Below are positions 52,095 to 64,000 of a DNA stretch of 64,000 bases, piece by piece. The position numbers and the translations under genes are program-made. The notes below the pieces were generated by a model, which was given only the letters and a program-made list of their open reading frames with translations, was not told the origin of the DNA and did no database searches. The stretch spans positions 126,976,001-127,040,000 of the forward strand of contig NC_042998.1 in assembly GCF_006345805.1 (NCBI RefSeq). The letters run 5' to 3'. Source of the DNA: Octopus sinensis (lineage: Eukaryota). The first letter of the stretch is position 1, and the number at the start of each line of letters is the position of its first letter.

Positions 52095-52230
52095 GAGGGC
52101 ATTATACATACATGCCAGGAGGCATTATACATACATCCAAACGCTAAAGGGACAATCAGTCATTTCTAACACCAAAAATATTACTAATCCCACCGAATGC
52201 AATTGTTCAAGTAAGACATTTAAAAATATA

Positions 52231-52276
52231 GACCTGTATCACAGTGATTTCATACTTACGTAATCATCAGCAGGCC
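52231..52276 (-). ncRNA. Minimal type I hammerhead ribozyme (intact motif)
   Basis: Minus strand GGCCTG-CTGATGA-T-TAC-GTAA-GTA-T-GAAA-TCAC-T-GTGAT-A-CAGGTC. Confidence 0.75.
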
Positions 52277-52707
52277 TGAATGTATTATAAATAAACCGAC
52301 CCTGCCTCGCTTAAGCCGATCAGCTAACTGATCAACATCAACGAAGCACATGGGTGAGTTTATATTATATTACATCCGGGTAAATGGCAAACTTTTACGA
52401 ATTGCATTTCGGGAGAGGAAAAGTTTTTTCGGAATAAAAATTTAGCAATTAAGGACAACTACTTAATAGGAAAACTTAACAAGAAATTGTCAGGTAGATA
52501 GCGTAAAAACCTCATAAGAGAAAAAATTTCGAAAATAATTATTTCTTATTGAACATATTAATTTATATATAGAGGGCATTATACATACATGCCAGGAGGC
52601 ATTATACATACATGCCAAACGCTAAGAGGGACAATCAGTCATTTCTACCAAAAATATTACTAATCCCACCGAATGCAATTTTTCAAAGTAAGACATTTAA
52701 AAATATA

Positions 52708-52753
52708 GACCTGTATCACAGTGATTTCATACTTACGTAATCATCAGCAGGCC
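52708..52753 (-). ncRNA. Minimal type I hammerhead ribozyme (intact motif)
   Basis: Identical motif to 52231-52276, 477 bp away. Confidence 0.75.
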
Positions 52754-53437
52754 TGAATGTATTATAAATAACAAACAACGACCCTGCCTCGCTTAAGCCG
52801 ATCAGCTAACTGATCAACATCAACGAAGCACATGGGTGGGTTTTATATATTACACATCCGGGTAAATGGCAAACTTTTACGAATTGCATTTCGGGAGAGG
52901 AAAGGTTTTTCGGAATAAAAATTTAGCAATTAAGGACAACTACTTAATAAGGAAAATTATTTATAATACATTCAGGCCTGCTGATGATTACTAAGTATAA
53001 ATCACTGTGATACAGGTCTATATTTTTAAATGTCTTACTTTGAAAAATTGCATTCGGTGGGATTAGTACGATTTTTGGTAGAAATGACTGATTGTCCCTC
53101 TTAGCGTTTGGCAGTATGTATAATGCCTCCTGGCATGTATGTATATCCATCTATATATAAATTAATATGTTCAATAGAAATAATTATTTTCGAAATTTTT
53201 TCTCTATGAGGTTTTTACGACGCTATCTACCTGACATTTCTTGTTAAGTTTCTTATTAAGTAGTGTCCTTAATTGCTAAATTTTTATTCCGAAAAACTTT
53301 TCCTCTCCGAAATGCAATTCGTAAAAGTTTGCCATTCCCGATGTATATATAAACTCACCCATGTGCTTCGTTGATGTTGATCAGTTAGCTGATCGCTTAA
53401 GCGAGGCAGGGTCGTTGTTTATTTAATAATACATTCA

Positions 53438-53483
53438 GGCCTGCTGATGATTACGTAAGTATGAAATCACTGTGATACAGGTC
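53438..53483 (+). ncRNA. Minimal type I hammerhead ribozyme (intact motif)
   Basis: Stem I GGCCTG/CAGGTC (6 bp, one G-U), core CUGAUGA and GAAA, stem II TAC/GTA with a GUAA loop, stem III ATCAC-T-GTGAT palindrome. Predicted cleavage after AUA at 53477. Confidence 0.78.
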
Positions 53484-54408
53484 TATATTTTTAAATGTCT
53501 TACTTTGAAAAATTGCATTCGGTGGGATTAGTAAATTTTTGGTAGAAATGACTGATTGTCCCTCTTAGCTTTGGCATGTATGTATCATGCCTCCTGGCAT
53601 GTATGTATAATGCCTCTATATATAAATTAATATGTTCAATAAGAAAAATAATTATTTTCGAAATTTTTTCTCTTATGAGGTTTTTACGCTATCTACCTGA
53701 CAATTTCTTGTTAGTTTTCCTTATTAAGTAGTTGTCCTTAATTTCTAAATTTTTTATTCCGAAAAACTTTTCCTCTTCCTCTCCCGAAATGCAATTGTAA
53801 AAGTTTGCCCTTTACCCGATGTAATAATATAAACCCACCCATGTGCTTCGTTGATGTGATCAGTTAGCTGACCGGCTTAAGCGAGGCAGGGTCGTTGTTT
53901 ATTTATAATAATTTCAGGCCTGCTTGATGATTACGTAAGTATGAAATCACTGTGATACAGGTCTATATTTTTAAATGTCTTACTTTGAAAAATTGCATTC
54001 GGTGGGATTAGATATTTTTGGTAGAATGACTGATTGCCCTCTTAGCGTTTGGCATGTATGTATAATGCCTCCTGGCATGTATGTATAATGCCTCCTGGCA
54101 TGTATGTATAATGCCCTCTATATATAAATTAATATGTTCAATAAGAAATAATTATTTTCGAAATTTTTTCTCTTATGAGGTTTTTACGCTATCTACCTGA
54201 CTTTCTTGTTAAGTTTTCCTTATTAAGTAGTTGTCCTTAATTGCTAAATTTTTATTCCGAAAAACTTTTCCTCTCCCGAATGCAATTCGTAAAAGTTTGC
54301 CATTTACCCGGATGTAATATATAAACCTCACCCATGTGCTTCGTTGATGTTGATCAGTTAGCTGATCGCTTAAGCGAGGCAGGTCGTTGTTTATTTATAA
54401 TACATTCA

Positions 54409-54454
54409 GGCCTGCTGATGATTACGTAAGTATGAAATCACTGTGATACAGGTC
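54409..54454 (+). ncRNA. Minimal type I hammerhead ribozyme (intact motif)
   Basis: Identical motif to 53438-53483. Confidence 0.75.
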
Positions 54455-55368
54455 TATATTTTTAAATGTCTTACTTTGAAAAATTGCATTCGGTGGGATT
54501 AGTAATATTTTTGGTAGAAATGACTGATTGTCCCTCTTAGCGTTTGGCATGTATGTATAATGCCTCCGGCATGTATGTATAACGCCCTCTATATATAAAT
54601 TAATATGTTCAATAAGAAATAATTATTTTCGAAATTTTTTCTCTTATGAGGTTTTTACGCTATCTACCTGACAATTTCTTGTTAAGTTTTCCTTATTAAG
54701 TAGTTGTCCTTAATTGCTAAATTTTTATTCCGAAAAACTTTTCCTCTCCCGAAATGCAATTCGTAAAAGTTTGCCATTTACCCGGATGTAATATATATAA
54801 ACTCACCCATGTGCTTCGTTTATGTTGATCAGTTAGCTGATCGGCTTAAGCGAGGCAGGGTCGTTGTTTATTATAATACTTCAGCCTGCTGATGATTACG
54901 TAAGTATGAATCACTGTTGATACAGGTCTATATTTTTAAATGTCTTACTTTGAAAAATTGCATTCGGTGGGATTAGTAATATTTTTGGTAGAAATGACTG
55001 ATTGTCCCTCTTAGCGTTTGGCATGTATGTATAATGCCTCCTGGCATGTATGTATAATGCCCTCTATATATAAATTAATATGTTCAATAAGAAATAATTA
55101 TTTTCGAAATTTTTCTCATTATGAGGTTTTTACGCTATCTACCTGACAATTTCTTGTTAAGTTTTCCTTATTAAGTAGTTGTCCTTAATTGCTAATTTTA
55201 TTCCGAAAAACTTTTCCTCTCCCGAAATGCAATTCGTAAAAAGTTGCCATTTACCCGGATGTAATATATTATAAACTCACCCATGTGCTTCGTTGATGTG
55301 ATCAGTTAGCTGATCGGCTTAAGCGAGGCAGGGTCGTTGTTTATTTATAATACATTCAGGCCTGCTGA

Positions 55369-55414
55369 TGATTACGTAAGTATGAAATCACTGTGATACA
55401 GGTCTATATTTTTA
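55369..55414 (+). ncRNA. Minimal type I hammerhead ribozyme (intact motif)
   Basis: Identical motif. Copies at 52975, 53917 and 54884 carry 1-nt indels that may be read errors. Confidence 0.75.
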
Positions 55415-55674
55415 AATGTCTTACTTTGAAAAATTGCATTCGGTGGGATTAGTAATATTTTTGTAGAAATGACTGATTGTCCCTCTTAGCGTTTGGCATG
55501 TATGTATAATGCCTCTGGCATGTATGTATAATGCCCTCTATATATAAATTAATATGTTCAATAAGAAATAATTATTTTCGAAATTTTTTCTCTTATGAGG
55601 TTTTTACGCTATCTACCTGACAATTTCTTTTAGTTTTCCGATTAAGTAGTTGTCCCTAATTGCTAAATTTTTAT

Positions 55675-55750
<76 letters not shown>

Positions 55751-55805
55751 ATATATATATTATAATATATATATATATAGGCGCAGGAGTGGCTGCGTGG
55801 TAAGT

Positions 55806-57893
55806 GCTCGATCCCTGTTCCGGTTGTTTAGTTTTCTTCAATCACTTGTAGAAGTTGCCACGCTGGTATGTAGCGGACGAAAGTTGTTATTGAACGAGGC
55901 TCTGCTGTAAGGTAAGACTTGCCTTTTGGGTCCAGTGGAGTTTCGTTGTGTGTGAGATTTATTTTTTGTATAAGCAAGGAGTCCTTACTGGATTCTGGGA
56001 TTTGGTCTGCCTGCAGTAGAGTATTTTGTTTTTCTCACTTTTGTGAGAATTGTGTTTGGGGGCGTATCCTGCCCCCAAAGTTACTTTGAGAATAGTGTTG
56101 TTCTCAATTAAATTGTTCCTGTTGAAGAATACCTTTGTGAAATATTTTTGGAATAATTTATTGACAACTGTGAGAAGCTGTGTTCCAGGTTCAAGTGAAG
56201 ACCGGAAGTACCGTGTGGCCTAAACATTTTTTTGCTGTGTGATGGACTGTTGCTCTCTCCTTCTATCTTTCAGTTTGAAACCCTATATTGAACTGTTCAT
56301 TTTCTTTTCTTCTTCCTTTTTTGGAACTTTCTTTCTCTTTATTTTCTCTTTAATTATTTGAATTTTTTGAACTACCTTTGGACTTTTTGTTTAATTAAAC
56401 ATGGCCAAGAACAATGAAAGACTTGTGGAGTGGGAGGTTACACCACCCCAAAATGGTAGGAAGAACTTGAAAAAAGACGGTGGTGTTGAGGACTTACGCC
56501 AAGTCCCTCGACATCATCGCCGTCTACCAAAAAATTTAATAAAAAAGAGTTGGAAAAATATATGCCAACTATTAAATATATTTCTCGGAAGGGGGGTCAA
56601 ATATGCAACAATATGACCGCTATTTGACACCCTCAAAGAGTTTCACAAATTCGCGAGTCTGCCTCTGGATAGCAGGGAAATTTTGTTTCTTCTTCCCACT
56701 TATTGTGGGAAGAAGTTGACGAGGGCTCGGGTCTGCGGTTTGCACCGGAATTGAGCCCGAGTGGATAGAGGATACTATCCGCTGGGGTCTGGGTGGCAGC
56801 AGTACAAAGCTCTTCAATGTAAATATCTTGCCTGGGGCTGACAGGGAGAGACCAAAAACTGTGTTGACCCTATGGACCCAATCAGCCGAAAATCTGGTAT
56901 TTCCAGATTTTTTTTAAATGGCCGGGTTTAGGTATAAAGCAATGCTCGAGAGACTCCCCCCTCCAGTGTCACCTGTGCCTGTGGCCGGGCCATATTAAAA
57001 AGAACTGCCCTCAGGACCAAAATAAAGTCCTGGAGCAGTTGATAAAGATACCACTCTCTGCTCCCTCATTGGAGGGAGAGAAGGTGGAGGTCGAGGAGGT
57101 GGGCAACAATGGTTGCCCACCAAATGGTCCTAAGGCTGTGGGAGGAGTGGCAGATCTGCTGGACAAAGCAGAGGAATACCACTCTCCTGTGGCTCATGGG
57201 AAAAAAAGAAAAACGGGACGTTGCCAGCGGTTTGTGATACACTGCCGGCGTGTCCCGAAGTACCCTCCGTGGGAGCTGTGCCACCGAAGGTAGAAACTGT
57301 AATTCCCTTCCATGCTGTGAAGTAGGAGTTTATGGTCCCCTTCTATAAGTGAGGGACAATAGAAAACTTCACCAAGAAGTTTAAAAGGAAGGGCCAAAGG
57401 GAAGGGATTCTACCCTGCACGGAGGACAAGCCTTCGCAGGTGGATGCGGAGGTCATATGAGAGACCGATCTCTGCAGGAAAATGATCTCCTTCCCAGAGG
57501 ACACTTTTAATTTTGTGTTGAAACGGCCCGACTTGACACCGTCTAGGCGTTTGACCGATGCGAGAAGTCTTGTCGAGCAGGAAGGGGTGTAAATGATTGA
57601 TGCGTCTTAGTGCCTCATTTTCCTTGTTTTGATTTGTTGCCTCACAGTAGATTTTTGTGTTGTAAATGTAAGAGGTTTATTGCCTCATTAATGTTCTGTT
57701 TCGAACAGTGTAAGAGGTGTGTTGCCTCAAATATGATATTTTAAAGAACAATGTGCTCGGGTAAACAGCAATCGGCGGGCGTTGCTGTTGCCCTCATTAT
57801 TATCATATCGTTTATCATTTCATTATGACTTTGTCCAGCCCGCAGCTTCCTTTCTTTGTAAGGCCTTTATGGCCAATCTAATGAATGAATAAA
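55806..57893 (+). mobile_element. ORF1-only Tx1/L1-like element (HAL1-like), inserted in a SINE-A head
   Basis: ~600-bp 5' UTR, then ATG at 56401 and a frameshifted ORF1 (TVVLRTYAKSLD, ISRKGVKYATI, LLPTYCGKKLTRARVCG). No EN/RT motifs. Hairpin-rich 3' UTR ending AATGAATGAATAA. The SINE sequence GGTAAGT|AGCTTGCTTACCAA is split with AAGT duplicated. Confidence 0.6.
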
Positions 57894-58076
57894 AGTAGCT
57901 TGCTTACCAAGTAGCCTGCATACATCCCATGAGTCTTAGTTTTCAGTGTACGCATGTGTCATAGTGTTGGGCCAGCTATCTACTTAAGTGCCCAACACTA
58001 TGACACATGCGTACACTGACAACTAAGACTCATGGGATGTATGCAGGCTACTTGGTAAGCAAGCTACTTTTATTCA
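57886..58076. repeat. Long hairpin: 87-bp arms, 17-nt loop
   Basis: TGAATAAAAGTAGCTTGCTTACCAAGTAGCC...ATAGTGTTGGGC / GCCCAACACTAT...GGCTACTTGGTAAGCAAGCTACTTTTATTCA, with one mismatch. Confidence 0.9.
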
Positions 58077-58084
58077 TGCTTTTA

Positions 58085-58875
58085 TTCACCAAAGGATCCT
58101 AGGGATGAGGGAAGAGAGGCGAATCCCCCGGTCATGGGCGAGACGCACCCTCCCTCAGTTGAGAGAAAAAGAGAAGAAGAGGAAGAGAAACGGGACATTG
58201 CCGGAAGTCGGTGACATAGCACCGGAATGTCCCGGAACCTTGCCGGTAGGGGTTGTGCAATCGGCATGGGAAGAGACACAGTTGAGGGAATTGTGCCGCC
58301 AACGGTAGAATGGTCTACCTCGAACCCGGAGGAAGAGGAACTATTGGTCTTCTTCTACAGAGGCGGAGAGGTAGAAGAGGTGGTGGAAAAGCACCATAAA
58401 AGAGTACTTTTAACCTTCACACAGGATCCCGAATGGCCTCCGCAGATAGTTGTGGAGGTCATAACGGTGTATGTGGGGTATAAGCTGCAGGGACTCAATG
58501 AGGAATATCGCTTGTGGCCGGGCGAGGCCGGCTCGGATCCCGCCTTGGTCTTGAATGAGTCGTGGGGGAGGGTGGAGTATACGAACAGAAGCAATGTTGG
58601 AGTGACAAGAGGTTGCAAAAGCCTCAGTATTATAATTTTTATTGTATAATGTTTAATGTTTATTGCATGTTATTGTGTTTAAGAGGCTTAACGCCCCAAT
58701 TCTTACATGGACTATTAGTCCAAAGATTGTAAAACTGAAGTAAGAGGTTCATTACCTCGTTTAGTCTTTTTCTGTGAAAAAAGAAGAGAATAATGTTTTA
58801 GAGAAGCAAAAAAATCGGCGGGCGTTATGAAGGCTGACTTGTTAGAATAAACAAATTACCAGGGCCACCAAATTA
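58085..58875 (+). mobile_element. 3' part of a related ORF1-type Tx1/L1 element
   Basis: ORF ...ELLVFFYRGGEVEEV...LWPGEAGSDPALVLNESWGRV. The 3' UTR shares GTAAGAGG..CCTC and AATCGGCGGGCGTT motifs with 57660-57785. Confidence 0.5.
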
Positions 58876-59183
58876 AGTATGCTAACTTAATGTAACGTTC
58901 ATGTAGAAACAGCGTGACAGAGTTTGACAAGGCTGTTTCATTGATAGATGCATCCAATCCAACAGGTTTCCATCTACTCCAGTTTCCGTCAAACTATTCC
59001 CTGGAACCAAGTCTGTTGAAAATTACACACGAGAATCCACTCAAGGGTTTCTAAACAAATCATTCATGATAAGTGAAACTCTTAACCAATCTATCATACT
59101 GCAACGACTCTTCCTCTCTCTCCCTATCGTGCTCTCTCTATACAAAATATATACGCACCCCCATATATATATATATGTATGTG

Positions 59184-61545
<2,362 letters not shown>

Positions 61546-61718
61546 TTGTGTGTGCACGTGCACGTGTATGTGTGTAAATACATGGGCCCGCATGCACATT
61601 CACACTCACACATATATGATTCGGATGTCAAAAGATTAATGTGGCGTAAAGCTTAAAGAGTTTAATTTCAATAAACCATATACATCGCATGTTTCGACGC
61701 AATTAAACGTTCATGTAC

Positions 61719-61771
<53 letters not shown>

Positions 61772-63734
61772 TATATATATATATGTAAACCTGTGTGTAT
61801 GCGTGTGTATGCAATGTGTATATACTCGCAAGCACACACAGTATGCACTCACAGTTAAGGATTTGGCCGTTTAAATATATTCGGCAGTTGACCATCAGCT
61901 CATGTCAGAAGACTTTGATAACGTCAGATATAAATCATTGTCTCAGATCCTTTCCTATCCTATTTTATAACGGTGATTTATAGCTGCAATATTAATTGAT
62001 GTACAAGTCTAATATATCGTATTGCTATCTTTTATACGAATTCTTCTCTGAGATATGACTCAATATTCTTTGACATACCATGTGTTTGGGAAAGCTTGCC
62101 TTTTGTTTGAAATGAAGCTTTATTCCAAGTCGGCGATTCTTATGTCAATAATGTCCTTCCGAATCTTTGAGTATCAGTTACTCAGAGATATTCAAATGCC
62201 CTGATGCTGGCAGATAGCATGTGTTTGCTGTCACGAAATGCATGAGATCATTCAATATTGATGGATTAATGCAGAAAAGTACGAAATCAGGAATCATAAA
62301 GGATTCTCATATATATGCTTATATTTTAATTATATAAGATGAAATATGTCCAAAATTATATGCCTAGCTCTAGACATAAAAATACACTGAATTTATATAT
62401 TTTAAGTATTCTAACTTGTAATATTCTGTATCACTACATGCTGTGATTTGAGTAAAGAAATATTTTTATAATTTGTCACAATTCCGTGAATAAGCAATTT
62501 AGCAAAGCTGACGATTTCTATGGATTTATAATTTGTAGCTTTTCGTTAGATCAATAAGTTTAAACATGACAAGGAACCTAAAAAATGCAGGCTATGACTT
62601 TGAGAAGTGAGTGTAAAATGGCAATTTTCAGAATTTGGCGTATAATGGCATATGCTCGAATATTTCAAATGCTTGAAACATCTCAAAATTATTTAGTGCA
62701 ATTAACTGAAGTAAAATTTGAATTAAGTGTACTAAAGAATATAATAAACCACGTAAATTCATTATAAAACGGAAAACTATATTAGTTTATAAAATTTGAG
62801 TAGTATAAAATGCCGAGACGTTCAAAACTGGATGTAATTTCGAGATGGTAACTGGTAAATAAAAACATTATATTTATTCAAAAATCGTGGGCAGAATGAT
62901 ATTGCGTTTTATTGAGACGTTTTTCAGAGGAACTAAGGCTCGGATATACGCAGTTGCTTCTCATAGGGAATCGAATAACTCTTATTAGATTCAATTCACC
63001 GGGACTCTCACCACCTTCTCAAGATAAATCATAAACGTAAACTACCCAAGCTTATAAGAAGGTATTTATTACATAGGATCGTTATGTCTTATTTATCGTA
63101 GATTTTTGTTTTAAGTAATAAATGCAGTCAGAAAATTTGTAAGTAAAGCAAAATTCATCAAAACACCTTCACAAATGCCTGAGACCGCCGATACTGAGTA
63201 TGTTTCTGTGTTTTATTTTTATTTTGTTAGATTCAAAGATCTTATATTTTTATAAGGGTTATAGATAGAATATCATAACATCCATGAGATAATCAAAGGC
63301 AAAGATGGCACACGTGAAGTAAATTTCTGTTAATACAGAATCATAAATAGATTACAACAAAGAATACTCGTTTTACAGCCCAATTGTTGTAACACTGAAT
63401 ACATCCCAATTGTTGTAACACTGACCTCTTATAAAATCAAAAAATATGAACATAATAGTGTAAATAAAAACAGATTTGTAACAGTCGTGCCGTATTTCGT
63501 TGCAAAAAGTGAAACCTTTAAACTTCGGATTAAAATACAGTGCTAGAAAGGGTTTCAGTTAAAACTTATATAAAGGTGAGCACCTCACAGTACTGACACT
63601 AATTTTATTTTGACTCGGTGAGCATCTCATAACATAACATTAACTTATTTCGTTTTGGTACAAAACTTCCAAGCGGGAATAAAAGAATATTGTGACGTTC
63701 ATAAATTTCTCAAGACAATTGGCAGTGTAAAGAG

Positions 63735-63907
63735 TACACACACACACACACACACACACGCACAGACACACACACAAACACACACAAACACACACACACA
63801 CACCACACACACACACACGCACAGACACACACACAAACACACACAAACACACACACACACACAACACACACACACACATACACACACACACACACAAACA
63901 CGCACAA

Positions 63908-63945
<38 letters not shown>
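63735..63945. repeat. (CA)n/(TA)n microsatellite
   Basis: Direct reading. One of dozens of (TA)n, (CA)n, (TATG)n, (TCTA)n, (AAT)n and (GAA)n tracts in the window. Confidence 0.95.
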
Positions 63946-63948
<3 letters not shown>

Positions 63949-64000
63949 TTATAAAATGAGATAGGGGTTGAAAATTCAATCCCTATCTTCAACCCCTATG

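Larger units (their letters stand above)
52090..55672. mobile_element. Tandem array of ~480-bp hammerhead-containing units (candidate non-LTR retrozyme); ~2 units on -, ~6 on +, head-to-head junction at 52956/52957
   Basis: Near-identical units with hammerhead motifs at 52231 and 52708 (-) and at 52975, 53438, 53917, 54409, 54884 and 55369 (+). Spacing 463-492 bp, no coding capacity, flanked by (TA)n. Confidence 0.85.

Noticed and set aside
52090-55672. CRISPR-like or plain satellite interpretation of the array
   Set aside because: The sequence is eukaryotic, the units are identical with no unique spacers, and no cas genes are present. The per-unit ribozyme fold argues against an inert satellite, pending tests.
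62190-62260. IACVCCHEMHEI, resembling the Cys-rich motif of transposon-associated P2X7-like domains
   Set aside because: Too short and flanked by stops; no transposase or TIRs are identifiable.
63374-63424. 25-bp direct tandem repeat (similar case at ~12280-12325)
   Set aside because: Ordinary slippage-type micro-duplications with no further structure.

Overview
AT-rich, microsatellite-saturated eukaryotic DNA. I infer an octopus/cephalopod source from the SINE families and repeat density. Most of the window is repeat: two abundant tRNA-derived SINE families, a deleted mariner, CR1, RTE, Tx1/L1, R4/Dong-type RLE and Gypsy relics, and several Penelope-like element (PLE) fragments. Nearly all ORF-track entries are microsatellite or antisense artefacts. 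Main result: a ~3.6-kb array (52090-55672) of ~480-bp units, each carrying a minimal type I hammerhead ribozyme fold with a palindromic stem III. This is a candidate non-LTR retrozyme/circRNA locus; two units are inverted head-to-head against six. Other hammerhead-like PLE-derived elements are scattered through the window, including one with a tRNA-like head. There is also a hand-assembled 4-exon minus-strand candidate gene (22458->17697) for a 131-aa secreted protein, an ORF1-only Tx1/L1-like element inserted into a SINE head, and RLE retroelements next to two different microsatellites, (TAA)n and (CATA)n. Frequent 1-nt indels between near-identical repeats suggest long-read consensus errors, so frameshifts and some duplications or inversions may be artefacts. 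Repeat coordinates are approximate to within about 10-20 bp; family names come from recalled motifs, not database searches.
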